Assembly: GCA_963797095.1 (NCBI GenBank)
Contig: CAWCNY010000002.1
Coordinates: forward strand, 10,063 to 74,062
From: an uncultured Chloroflexia bacterium
GTDB taxonomy: Bacteria; Chloroflexota; Chloroflexia; QHBQ01; JADMIH01
Direction of reading: 5' to 3'
Length of the DNA stretch: 64,000 nt
Shown here: positions 38,586-47,870 of the stretch, piece after piece
Layout of the letters: every line of letters starts with the position of its first letter
Position numbering within the stretch: the stretch's first letter is position 1
Notes under the pieces: model-generated
Seen by the model: the letters and a program-made list of their open reading frames with translations, nothing else
Told to the model about the DNA's origin: nothing
Database searches by the model: none
Translations under genes and position numbers: made by a program

Positions 38586-39794
38586 ATGACTCACCAAAGT
38601 ATTATCAGCTTGGATGACATTCTTGCTCTTGTGGGCAAGCTAGACGATACGCCCGGCCTAGACGCGCCCAGGGAGCGTTTTCGTAATCACCTACAGAAGA
38701 TAGTGGAAGTAGGGCAGCTTCGCGACTATGTTGAAACTTGCTTGAGGGCTTCAGGGGAGCAGTACGCACGCGCTCTCCAAGACTTAGTGAACTATGCAGG
38801 CAACTTCTTTGGTTTCCATGTGACCTATGGTAGGTACCAAGGAATATCTGGCGAACATAACTTTGATGGACGCTGGGAGGCTCCCGGCGGCCTCCATATA
38901 GTCATTGAGACCAAAACCACGGAAATCTACCCAATCAAAACGAGCAAACTTCTAAACTACATCAACGAACTGGTTGCTGCTGGGCAAATCCCCAAACAAG
39001 AGGATGCCTTGGGTCTGTATGTGGTAGGCCATCCGGACCCTGAGATACAGCAACTAGAAAACGCAATTGTGGTGCAAAAGCCGATTCCGAATTTGCGAAT
39101 TGTGTCGGCCCTATCCTTGCTGTCGCTGGCTGAGATGCGACAAGCCTATGGGCTCAATGATGATGACGTGTTAAGCATCCTCCTGCCCTCAGGGCCACGA
39201 ATTGACCCACTCATAATGCTTATTGACCGCCTGGTGGCTGAAAGAGAAGCGGAAGCAACGATGGCGAGTGAGCAGAAGGTAATAAGGACAACAGTCGAAA
39301 AACTGGGGCTGCCGGAACCTACTTTACAAGCCTCCAAGTTTGTCATTCCCGATACAGGCACCATCACCTTCTGGATTACCCCGGTTAGAGACGATGAAGG
39401 GGAGACTGCAGAACAGACCATTCAGAGGCTGGTGGGCGAAGAGCATATTTACGCTTTCGGAGAGAAAACGCCCGGTCGTAGGAAGATAAAGTCGGGCGAC
39501 GTGATTTGTTTCTATGCTGCGGGGCGTGGTGTCATTGCAGATGCTAGAGTAACATCGCCCCCAATAAAGAGGCCACACCCGCGGGTCAAGCAACCGGACA
39601 AGTATCCGTGGGTGTTTCGCATAAAGGATACACACCTCTATTTGGAAAACCCGGTTGTCATTGACGGGGCACTAAGGAGTCAACTTGACAGGTTCCAAGG
39701 GCGCGACCCAAACGGGCCTTGGGCATGGTTTGTTCAGGCTACACACGATGTTTCACAGCACGATTTTGAACTTCTAACACGACAGAAAGGCTGA
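38586..39794 (+). CDS. Predicted modified-base-dependent nuclease: N-terminal PD-(D/E)xK-like nuclease core plus C-terminal EVE (PUA-like) domain
   Basis: ATG at 38586 with RBS GAGG. N-terminal FDGRWEAPGGLHIVIETK fits the D...(E/D)xK pattern. The C-terminal 150 aa (FWITP...GDVICFYAAGRGVIADARV...KYPWVFRIKDTHLYLENPVVID...WAWFVQ) matches the EVE/PUA-like consensus. Stop lies 2 nt before the next gene. Confidence 0.5.
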   Translation: MTHQSIISLDDILALVGKLDDTPGLDAPRERFRNHLQKIVEVGQLRDYVETCLRASGEQYARALQDLVNYAGNFFGFHVTYGRYQGISGEHNFDGRWEAPGGLHIVIETKTTEIYPIKTSKLLNYINELVAAGQIPKQEDALGLYVVGHPDPEIQQLENAIVVQKPIPNLRIVSALSLLSLAEMRQAYGLNDDDVLSILLPSGPRIDPLIMLIDRLVAEREAEATMASEQKVIRTTVEKLGLPEPTLQASKFVIPDTGTITFWITPVRDDEGETAEQTIQRLVGEEHIYAFGEKTPGRRKIKSGDVICFYAAGRGVIADARVTSPPIKRPHPRVKQPDKYPWVFRIKDTHLYLENPVVIDGALRSQLDRFQGRDPNGPWAWFVQATHDVSQHDFELLTRQKG

Positions 39795-39796
39795 TT

Positions 39797-42700
39797 ATGC
39801 CGGCGCCACAATCCATCCTTTCCCACATTGAGCGCTTCGACAATGACCGACAAGCCTACAAATCCGGCGTCTATAATGAGGCGCAGGTTCGGCGCGAGTT
39901 CCTGGACCCCTTCTTCAAGGAGCTAGGCTGGGATGTAGAGAATGAAGGTGGTGCGGCGGTTGCCTACAGAGACGTAATTCATGAAGACACGTTGAAAATC
40001 GGTGAGACTACGAAAGCCCCGGACTACTCATTCCGCATAGGCGGCACTCGAAAGTTCTTTGTTGAGGCCAAAAAGCCGTCTGTCAACTTGGATACGGACC
40101 CTAGACCAGCTTACCAACTGCGGCGCTATGCCTGGTCTGCAAGCCTACCCCTAAGCATCCTCACCGATTTCGAGGAGTTCCTGGTTTATGATTGTCGAAT
40201 AAAGCCGGACGCCTACGACGGTGCGCGGGTGGCCCGCGCCATGTATCTCAAATACACGGAATATGCGGATAAGTGGGACGACATTGCCGCGCTCTTCTCT
40301 CGCGAGGCCGTGCTCGCCGGGTCGCTTGACAAATATACCGAATTGCTTAAGGCCAAGACAGGCTCGTCCACTGTTGATGCTGATTTCCTAAAGGAGATTT
40401 CAGTCTGGCGCGAGATGCTAGCACAAGACTTGGCAGCGCGGAATCCGCACCTAACTCAACGCGACCTCAATTATGCTGTGCAGATGACTATCGACCGTAT
40501 TATTTTCCTGCGTATTAGCGAAGACCGGGGCATTGAGCCATATGGCAGATTGCTGGAAGCACAACAGGGAGAAAGAGTGTATGCGCGGCTGTGTCGGCTC
40601 TTCGAAGCTGCCGACGACCGCTACAATTCGGGCCTGTTCCACTTCCGCGACGAGAAGGGCCACAACGAGCCGCACGATGAGCTAACCCCGGCACTGACTA
40701 TACACGACGACACACTCCGGCGTATCATCACCCGCCTTTACTACCCCGATTCGCCCTATGCCTTTTCAGTCATGCCGATTGAAATTCTGGGGCAGGTTTA
40801 CGAGCAGTTCCTGGGCAAGGTTATTCGCCTGGACGAATCTCGTAATGTTGAGGTTGAGGAGAAGCCAGAAGTACGCAAGGCGGGCGGCATCTACTATACG
40901 CCCACATACATCGTGGATTACATCGTAAAACAAACTGTCGGCAAACTCCTGGAAGGCAAGACGCCGAAGCAAGCCGTCGACTTTCGTATTGTGGACCCCG
41001 CGTGCGGCTCCGGTTCATTTCTCATCGGCGCATACCAATACCTTCTCAACTGGCATCGCGACTGGTATGTGGCTGACGGCACACAGAAGCACAAGAAGGA
41101 GCTTTATGAGGCTTCAGGAGGCGAGTGGCGACTAACTACGAATGAGCGCAAAAGGATACTACTAAATAACATTTATGGCGTGGATATCGACCCCCAGGCG
41201 GTAGAGGTCACAAAGCTCTCACTCCTGCTTAGAGTGCTTGAGGGAGAAACCGGACAAACCTTGGCAACGCAGCTGCGGATGTTCTACGAGCGGGCGCTGC
41301 CGGACCTGAGCAGCAATATTAAGTGCGGTAATTCCTTAATAGGTTATGATTTCTACAGCGCGACACAGGCCAGCTTTCTGTCGCCGGAGGAACACAGCCG
41401 CATCAACGTGTTCAACTGGCACGAGGCTTTTCCCCAGGTGTTCAAGCGCGACAGCTCTGGATTTGATGCTGTGATTGGCAACCCGCCGTACATTCGTATC
41501 CAGACTATGCAGGAGTGGGCTCCCGTAGAAGTCGCACACTACAAGCGACGATATGTTTCGGCCAGCAAAGGCAACTACGACGTGTATGTTGTGTTTGTGG
41601 AGAAGGGACTTTACCTGCTCAATAAGGGCGGACAACTTGGCTTCATCCTGCCCCACAAGTTTTTCAATGCTCAGTATGGCGAGCCGCTGCGCGCCCTGTT
41701 GGCACAGGGGCACCACTTAGCTGAAGTGGTGCATTTTGGCGACCAACAGGTGTTTTCAGGCGCGACGACCTATACCTGCTTGCTCTTCCTTGAAAAACGC
41801 GGCTCCTCTGAAGTGCAGATTGCCATGGTTGAGAATCTGGACCAGTGGCGCAGGAAGTCCCAGGCTGTGTACGGAACGGTTCCAGCAGAAGCTATTGCAC
41901 CTTCTGACTGGAATTTCTATGTCGGAGAGGGTGCTGACTTGTTTGGCAAGCTAAGACAGGTGCCAACAAAACTGGGTGCTATCGCGGAACGCATTTCGCA
42001 GGGGATTCGTACAAGCGCCAATGAGGTGTACGTGCTCAACATCGTGGACCAAGCGACCGATGTACTAATCGTCCATTCACAGTCGTTGGGTAAGCAGGTG
42101 GAGGTCGAGCGGGCCGCGGTGACACCCTTCCTTCAAGGCCGCGAAATCAAGTCATATAGGGTACTTCCTTCCGGTAAGGTGGTGATTATCCCTTATCACC
42201 TGGCGAATGGCCGCGCAAAGCTCGTTCCCGAGGATGAAATGAAGACTCGTTTCCCGCTCACTTTGGCCTATCTTGTTGCAAATAGGGCATACCTAGAGGA
42301 ACGGGAACGGGGCAGGATGCATGGCTCGTCCTGGTATGCCTTCGTCTATCCAAAAAACATCGAATTGATGAAGTCGGCCAAGATTCTTGTGCCGGACATT
42401 GCCGATAGAGCAGCATTTGCACTAGATGAAGCCGGCGAATACGCCTTCACAAGCGGTTATGGCATTACATTGAGACCTGATGTTAGCTTGTCGCCCAACT
42501 ATGTTTTGGGCCTACTGAACAGCAAAGTCCTGGACTTCTACCTAAAGCGTGTCAGCACGACTATGCGCGGCGGCTTTTTCCGATACTTCACACAGTACGT
42601 TGAGCAATTGCCGATGCGTGCTATCAATTTCGCTGACCAGGCCGACAAAGCCCGACACGACCACATGGTATCACTTGTAGCACGGATGGTAGACTTTTAC

Positions 42701-42847
42701 AGACAATCAGCCGTTGCCAAGACACCGCACGACAAGACTGCAATCCAGCGCCAGATAGACGCCGCCGACGGGCAGATAAACTCCCTTGTGTACGAGCTTT
42801 ATGGGCTGACAGATGAGGAAATCCGAATTGTTGAGTCGGATAAATAG
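39797..42847 (+). CDS. Type IIG (MmeI-family, Type IIL) restriction-modification enzyme: PD-ExK endonuclease, N6-adenine methyltransferase and target-recognition domain in one 1016-aa polypeptide
   Basis: N-terminal PDYSF...FFVEAKK (D/ExK). HsdR_N-like region (YAWSASLPLSILTDFEEF). MTase motif I VDPACGSGSFL and motif IV GNPPYIR. Colinear with MmeI. Confidence 0.8.
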   Translation: MPAPQSILSHIERFDNDRQAYKSGVYNEAQVRREFLDPFFKELGWDVENEGGAAVAYRDVIHEDTLKIGETTKAPDYSFRIGGTRKFFVEAKKPSVNLDTDPRPAYQLRRYAWSASLPLSILTDFEEFLVYDCRIKPDAYDGARVARAMYLKYTEYADKWDDIAALFSREAVLAGSLDKYTELLKAKTGSSTVDADFLKEISVWREMLAQDLAARNPHLTQRDLNYAVQMTIDRIIFLRISEDRGIEPYGRLLEAQQGERVYARLCRLFEAADDRYNSGLFHFRDEKGHNEPHDELTPALTIHDDTLRRIITRLYYPDSPYAFSVMPIEILGQVYEQFLGKVIRLDESRNVEVEEKPEVRKAGGIYYTPTYIVDYIVKQTVGKLLEGKTPKQAVDFRIVDPACGSGSFLIGAYQYLLNWHRDWYVADGTQKHKKELYEASGGEWRLTTNERKRILLNNIYGVDIDPQAVEVTKLSLLLRVLEGETGQTLATQLRMFYERALPDLSSNIKCGNSLIGYDFYSATQASFLSPEEHSRINVFNWHEAFPQVFKRDSSGFDAVIGNPPYIRIQTMQEWAPVEVAHYKRRYVSASKGNYDVYVVFVEKGLYLLNKGGQLGFILPHKFFNAQYGEPLRALLAQGHHLAEVVHFGDQQVFSGATTYTCLLFLEKRGSSEVQIAMVENLDQWRRKSQAVYGTVPAEAIAPSDWNFYVGEGADLFGKLRQVPTKLGAIAERISQGIRTSANEVYVLNIVDQATDVLIVHSQSLGKQVEVERAAVTPFLQGREIKSYRVLPSGKVVIIPYHLANGRAKLVPEDEMKTRFPLTLAYLVANRAYLEERERGRMHGSSWYAFVYPKNIELMKSAKILVPDIADRAAFALDEAGEYAFTSGYGITLRPDVSLSPNYVLGLLNSKVLDFYLKRVSTTMRGGFFRYFTQYVEQLPMRAINFADQADKARHDHMVSLVARMVDFYRQSAVAKTPHDKTAIQRQIDAADGQINSLVYELYGLTDEEIRIVESDK

Positions 42848-43139
42848 CCGGGGGTCAGAGACCAAGACCATCAACACCAGAACGAAAGCCCAAGAGAATC
42901 AAACGCAGCCTATATAGCTCTATGGTATGAGGTGTTGTGAGTTCACGACGTGGAACATTGCCTCAATGTCATTGTCAGCGCCCGCCTCCTTGAATAAGGC
43001 AATTGCCTCATCCGGCGTGCATAGGCCGTATTCTCGAAAGAAGGCGGTCGTAAAGTGCCAATCAGAAGGGCCAGATTTTTCGCCGTATTTCGTCTTGCGC
43101 CCCACAACATCGGCGAAAGCAACAAGGTCGCATAGCTCA

Positions 43140-43496
43140 CTAAGCCGCTTTAGCGCAGGATGAAGAACGCGGGGCGTTTTTGTAGGTATAGGCACGCTGC
43201 TTGTGTCGGCTCCAGGTCTTGTGTCGTTTCTTATGGCATTTTGTACAAAGAGTACGAAGGTTGTCAAGCTCATTGTTGCCTCCCAAGCACAACGGGATAA
43301 GATGGTGGACCTCAAGGCGGCAGTTGCGCTTCTTGCAATCCCTGCAAGTGAAGTGGTCGCGCAGGAGTGCCAAGCGGCGGATGGCGCGCCAATTGCGGCC
43401 TCGTGCAGCACGCCTACACTTGTCGGAGCAATATGCGTGAATATGGCTCTTCGGTGAGAAATCGGTTCCGCAACTTCGACATTTCTTGGTATTCAT
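43140..43496 (-). CDS. HNH endonuclease (McrA-like small HNH protein)
   Basis: ATG at 43496. N-terminal zinc ribbon CRSCG...CSDKC. HNH core HHLIPLCLGGNNELDNLRTLCTKCHKKRH. Confidence 0.7.
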   Translation of the reverse strand: MNTKKCRSCGTDFSPKSHIHAYCSDKCRRAARGRNWRAIRRLALLRDHFTCRDCKKRNCRLEVHHLIPLCLGGNNELDNLRTLCTKCHKKRHKTWSRHKQRAYTYKNAPRSSSCAKAA

Positions 43497-43630
43497 CGTG
43501 CCGCCTCCTCATTTGTACCTGTATTATACCAGTACAAAACGTACTTGTCAAGGGGTTTGCGCAATATTGCTCGAAATTGGTCGGTCATAGTTTGGCAGCA
43601 TGACGAGCAAAGCTAAATGTAAGAGCCTCT

Positions 43631-43659
43631 TGACAATTTAGTTTCTTACCTGTATAATA
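43631..43659 (+). promoter_or_regulatory. Consensus sigma-70-type promoter (TTGACA, 17 bp spacer, TATAAT) driving the RHH gene
   Basis: cTTGACAatttagtttcttacctgTATAATacc. The 15-mer tacctgtatAatacc overlaps the -10, and a second copy tacctgtatTatacc is at 43513-43527. Confidence 0.6.
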
Positions 43660-43690
43660 CCTGCATGATATATTTGAGGAGGCATGACAA

Positions 43691-43891
43691 GTGGTAGAAA
43701 AGAACCCCAATAAGGGCGGCAGACCTCGCAAGGACACACATGCAAGGCAGTTCCCCCTTTACATCTACATGATGGACGAGGAGAGCCTGCAGCAGGTCAA
43801 AGAAGCAGCAGAGCGACAAGGGCTTAGCTTCAGCACCTGGGCACGGACCGTACTGGTAAGAGAGGCACGGCGCATCTTGAGCGGCGAGTAA
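43691..43891 (+). CDS. Ribbon-helix-helix (CopG/Arc-like) DNA-binding protein
   Basis: GTG start with RBS GGAGG. Beta-strand FPLYIYMM followed by two helices (SLQQVKEAAERQGLS, FSTWARTVLVREARR). Paralog of the 49515-49733 product. Confidence 0.5.
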   Translation: MVEKNPNKGGRPRKDTHARQFPLYIYMMDEESLQQVKEAAERQGLSFSTWARTVLVREARRILSGE

Positions 43892-44058
43892 TTGCCCAAA
43901 TCGCCCCGCATATTGTAGAGACCCCCCGGTAACTTTCCATTTGCCTTTCGGCAATTGTGTGGCCCCCCGGTTCTCTACTTGCCGCTACGCGTGTGACGCG
44001 ACCCCAAAGCGGCCAACATAAGCACAACACGGAGGGAAATGGTTATTAGTGCGGAGAT

Positions 44059-44340
44059 GTGCCCCTGGCGCTTATCCAGTCGTCAAGAGGAGGTAGTTTG
44101 TTGGAAACTTTGGAAGCAACGCCTGAAGTATGTGAGTCGCTCATATTCGATGCGCGTAACCGGCTAATGCTGGCCTATCTAGCTCGTGAAGATGGTGTTT
44201 CGGGCGCTTACGAGCGCTTGGAGGTCGAGCGTTGGCGGGTCAACCTGATGGAAAGCGAGATGGGGCGCCCCTGCCTCCCTGTGCTGACTGAGTTACGCGC
44301 ATCGGGACAGCAGATTTATCTATTGGACCTTGACGATTGA
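44059..44340 (+). CDS. Hypothetical small protein
   Basis: 93 aa ORF; no motif. Confidence 0.25.
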   Translation: MPLALIQSSRGGSLLETLEATPEVCESLIFDARNRLMLAYLAREDGVSGAYERLEVERWRVNLMESEMGRPCLPVLTELRASGQQIYLLDLDD

Positions 44341-44925
44341 GCGCAGCGCCCCGCAGACCTGTGCGATAATGGGCACCGGGTCGGGGTAGCCATACTTACG
44401 CCGGGCGATTATGCAGTTATCGGGGAGCGTGTCAAGAGCAAATACCCTGAAAGATGATTGCTCCCCCCGATTGAAGCGTAGCCGCCCCGGCTCCGTTCCT
44501 GAACGCTGAACATAGTCTGCATGCCAGGCAGCGAAAAGCCTGAGGTCTATTATCGTCCAGGCTACGAGGCCGCTCTCATCAGGCGACTTGAACCCGTAGA
44601 ACATCACATCACCTTCGCCATCAAGTATCTTGCCAAGCTCTGTTCGCCTTCCGCTTGGCACACTGGCGCGCAGAGTGATTTCACCTACATATCTCAGGTA
44701 GTCGTAAGCGCGTAGCCTAACTGCGATTCTCCGGTGGGGAAGGATTGCGTCGGTGTTCTTGTGTCGGTCAATATGAAGGGGCGCGCGTTGGATAGTGTAC
44801 CGCCCGACAAGCGCGCCGATTTCCGGAAGTAGCATGTCGTCGCGAGACTGCTCAACGCGGCGGTCAACGTCGGCAACTTGATACAGTAACTGTCTTTGGA
44901 GCGTGGGTAATTCGGTGTCAATCAT
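44320..44925 (-). CDS. Hypothetical protein (mobile-element cargo)
   Basis: 201 aa ORF; no motif I can assign. Confidence 0.35.
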   Translation of the reverse strand: MIDTELPTLQRQLLYQVADVDRRVEQSRDDMLLPEIGALVGRYTIQRAPLHIDRHKNTDAILPHRRIAVRLRAYDYLRYVGEITLRASVPSGRRTELGKILDGEGDVMFYGFKSPDESGLVAWTIIDLRLFAAWHADYVQRSGTEPGRLRFNRGEQSSFRVFALDTLPDNCIIARRKYGYPDPVPIIAQVCGALRSIVKVQ

Positions 44926-45041
44926 ACTTAGTTCCTCAGTTCGATATGTGGGGCATAGTTAAGCCCCTAGTTGTAGTTCTAGGGGCAGCCAGCGAGCGGA
45001 ATCCATTACTTGCTTCTAGTATTCATTACTTGCTTCCGCCC

Positions 45042-46556
45042 CTATACTCTATAAGGAGAATCCATCGGGGCATATTGCCTGTAATTACCGGGAAGGAAAA
45101 GCTTTGTTCGTCTCCCTCTGCCTGCAGCGACATCAAGCTGCTTGCCACTCGCATCACGAGCGTAGGCAACTATCCGCTTGAGCAGCAGGTTCTTCATAGC
45201 TTCTTGACAACGCTTCTGGGGAAGGGCGCACCAGGCCTCTAGGAATTGCCAGCTAAGGGGGGCCGGGTCACCATAGGTGTGGAGCCACCGCGCTTGGAAG
45301 AGAAGGTTGAGCTTGTCATAGACTATGCGGGTGTCTGCCTCGTCCAGCTCGTATGGCAGGGCTGGAAGTTGGACGCGAGCCGGTTGCACATACCCTGTCT
45401 CGACCATGAGGCGCAGATGCCATGTGACGGACCCTGATTTGCTGGGACGCACCTCCTCAGGTGAGCGTGGGCGACGCAATGCAAGGGCATACGCGACTTC
45501 CGACATGAGAAGCGCCGGGCTTGCATCTGGCCGCACATGGAAGTCTCTATAGACATAGACGCCATTCTGGCCGGGATAGATGCTTGCGGATGGACCATTC
45601 TCCTCGTGGCCCGGCAAGACACAAAGGAACGTCTTTCCGAAGGGCACATCAGGGATACCCATAAGCCTACATGCCGCCCGGATGAAGTCCTGGTCGCGGC
45701 TAGCATCTGTGAGGTACTCACCAACTAGGCCCCCCTCAGTTCGGGCGCACTCTGCTATGCGCTGTAGCGCAGCCTTGCGCTCCTGGAGCAAGTTGGGCAT
45801 GATGAGGCTCTTCTGTGACTGCCTCCTGTTGGCATCGCTGCGGCCTGTGCTTGGCACTCTTGACCTACCTTCGGCCTGCATCAGCTTCTCAGCGAGCCAG
45901 TCGGGTAGACAAAGGGGCGGGCGCTCGTGAGGCCCGAAACTTGCAAGCCAGGTGTACCGCCTGCCGGACTGGTGAAGGGAAGGCGGCAGTACCAGATAGC
46001 CGCCAACGCCGCGCACATCTACTCCGGGAGCCACTTTGCCGTTTGAAGCGCTAATGTATCGCCCCCCAGTCGAGAAGAAGAGATGCTCACCCCAACCTTC
46101 GCGACCGCTGCGGGCCTTTACGGTCTCTGTGAAGGCCGGGCCATGCTTCGCTATCCAGTCGTTCAAGGCCTCTATGCCTTCTTCTCCGTCCAGGTCTATT
46201 GCGACAAGATTAGCCCTTGCAGGTACGCACCCGATGCCGGCGTGCGCCCATCGCGTCCACCATTTGCTTATGACTTCACGGTTTGTGGAGGCATTTTTCA
46301 GGTAGTCTTTGATAAGGGGCTTTTTGTTGACGCTGTCCACCGGGAATACTGGTATTCCGGCTTGGGCGTATGCGAGTGCCCACTCTAGCATATCAGGTGA
46401 TTCGGTCTGGGTAGGGAGATAAGGAATTGGCTTCGTCTGCGTTATATTGGGTGCCGCCCCTGTCTTCACCGGAGCATAAGGGCGAACTCTTGGGCGGGTT
46501 GGTCGTGTAGTAATTGCGAGTGTCATTTGGCCCCCTATTGTGGGCAGGTGCTCCAA
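45042..46556 (-). CDS. Bifunctional DNA primase/polymerase (PrimPol) domain protein with a C-terminal extension (replication initiator of an integrative element or plasmid)
   Basis: AYAQAGIPVFPV...KKPL...W.THAGIGCVP...NLVAIDLDGEEG matches the PrimPol N-terminal consensus (bifunctional primase-polymerase, AEP superfamily). Confidence 0.7.
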   Translation of the reverse strand: MEHLPTIGGQMTLAITTRPTRPRVRPYAPVKTGAAPNITQTKPIPYLPTQTESPDMLEWALAYAQAGIPVFPVDSVNKKPLIKDYLKNASTNREVISKWWTRWAHAGIGCVPARANLVAIDLDGEEGIEALNDWIAKHGPAFTETVKARSGREGWGEHLFFSTGGRYISASNGKVAPGVDVRGVGGYLVLPPSLHQSGRRYTWLASFGPHERPPLCLPDWLAEKLMQAEGRSRVPSTGRSDANRRQSQKSLIMPNLLQERKAALQRIAECARTEGGLVGEYLTDASRDQDFIRAACRLMGIPDVPFGKTFLCVLPGHEENGPSASIYPGQNGVYVYRDFHVRPDASPALLMSEVAYALALRRPRSPEEVRPSKSGSVTWHLRLMVETGYVQPARVQLPALPYELDEADTRIVYDKLNLLFQARWLHTYGDPAPLSWQFLEAWCALPQKRCQEAMKNLLLKRIVAYARDASGKQLDVAAGRGRRTKLFLPGNYRQYAPMDSPYRV

Positions 46557-46607
46557 ACGCGCCTGCCCTTCAGTGCTTTAAATCTGCAGTACGGCGAACT
46601 TTTCGCT

Positions 46608-46817
46608 TTAGCGCTTGTGGTCGATATAGGCTTCAGCAGCTTTCGCGGCTTCGGTGGGGTCGTTGAAAACCCCTGGAATAGCGCGACGCCCCGCCCCATA
46701 GATAGGGGTTATGCTTGCGCGGTATCGATACAGACGACCTGCGGCCCTGCGAACTTCGATGGTGTAGTCCTTATACTGATATGCGTCTACCAGATTTACC
46801 CTTGTTCCAGCTTTCAC
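46608..46817 (-). CDS. Hypothetical small protein
   Basis: 69 aa ORF; 4-nt overlap with the upstream ORF suggests co-translation. Confidence 0.3.
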   Translation of the reverse strand: MKAGTRVNLVDAYQYKDYTIEVRRAAGRLYRYRASITPIYGAGRRAIPGVFNDPTEAAKAAEAYIDHKR

Positions 46818-47017
46818 TTTGTATCACCTCCCTGGCTCTGAGTTGTTGCCCATTCTTGGGCTAAGGCGTATAAGAGGCGGCTAATGCAGCCGCGCTCTGT
46901 GATTCTTCCCGGTCCGCGTTTGTGGAGAAGTCCTCGTGCTCTGGCCATAGAGCGAAGGAGTTCTTCCGTCCGGGGTGTAACGGTAAGTAACAACTGCTTT
47001 TCCTTAGTCTGCTTCAC
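46814..47017 (-). CDS. Hypothetical small basic protein
   Basis: 67 aa ORF; start is 11 bp from the iteron-like repeats. Confidence 0.3.
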   Translation of the reverse strand: MKQTKEKQLLLTVTPRTEELLRSMARARGLLHKRGPGRITERGCISRLLYALAQEWATTQSQGGDTK

Positions 47018-47027
47018 TGCGTCCTCC

Positions 47028-47130
47028 TAATTCTGTAACTGGATACCTATATTTATCCCCTCTACTTAATCAAGCAGGTTCGTATTCGTAACTGGATACC
47101 TATGTTTCCCCCTTCTACTTAATCAAGCAG
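47028..47130. repeat. Two ~50-bp direct repeats (iteron-like) in a divergent intergenic region of the element
   Basis: attctgtaactggatacctatatttatcccctctacttaatcaagcagg and attc-gtaactggatacctatgtttcccccttctacttaatcaagcagg. Confidence 0.8.
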
Positions 47131-47171
47131 GCAGGTTTCTTATTCTGAAAGTTATCGGGTAGACTGTACAT

Positions 47172-47603
47172 ATGCTTTCTGCCCGACTTATCTTCGCGCA
47201 CCCGGAACTATGTCAACCGCTAACCGGGCTATCGCCGGCTGACTTCCGTGCAACCGCCAAGGGAATCGGAGAGTACTACATAGACGAACGTGAAGCGCGG
47301 CTCAGTAGCCGCCCTCGCATCCGGGAAATTGGAGGCGGCTCGAAGCCGCTCTTGCCAGCAGACGTCATATTGCTGGGCATGATATGGCTACGCTGCCGCC
47401 CCACACAAAAGGCATTAGCGGCGCTATTTGGCAGAAGCGTGCCAACAGTTGGTCGTTACAAGCAGCTAGTAGAGCCAATACTGCTAGAAACGCCTTATGC
47501 CTTCCTTGCCACCCCAGACCCCGGACGGAAGCGCAGGCGCGATTTGGGTGAGTTGCGGGCGGACATTCCGGAGCTAGATAAGTTGTGGCGTCAGTGCCGC
47601 TAG
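47172..47603 (+). CDS. Truncated IS5/Harbinger-type transposase N-terminal HTH domain (HTH_Tnp_4-like); no DDE domain follows
   Basis: LTGLSPADFRAT...RPRIREIGGGSKPLLPADVILLGMIWLRCRPTQKALAALFGRSVPTVGRY matches the N-terminal HTH module of IS5/DDE_Tnp_4 transposases. The ORF ends after 143 aa. Confidence 0.4.
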   Translation: MLSARLIFAHPELCQPLTGLSPADFRATAKGIGEYYIDEREARLSSRPRIREIGGGSKPLLPADVILLGMIWLRCRPTQKALAALFGRSVPTVGRYKQLVEPILLETPYAFLATPDPGRKRRRDLGELRADIPELDKLWRQCR

Positions 47604-47870
47604 TTCCTGCAACTTCATGCAAGATTTCCTGCAAGAATTGCCTTTCGAATGAAGTCGGTTGAGGCCTGTTTTGAGCACGCTACCCATTCCCGTTGCGCTT
47701 GTCGCGCTGTATTTGTACGGGCTACGCGCCGCCCTGATACACGCACAGGCGATAGTGGGTAAGGCAATTGTTGGCGCTGCCTTACGCTCTCGCTTGCCCA
47801 CAAATGAAAAGGGCCGCCCCTATAGGGCGGTTCTCGATGGTTAACGTGCTTGCAGGGTCGGGGAGCCAAG

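Noticed and set aside
42920-43411. 163-aa minus-strand ORF downstream of the HNH gene
   Set aside because: Its N-terminal about 90 codons overlap the HNH endonuclease CDS in another frame. Only the C-terminal about 80 aa (42920 to about 43160) could be a real small gene, and no start or RBS is evident.
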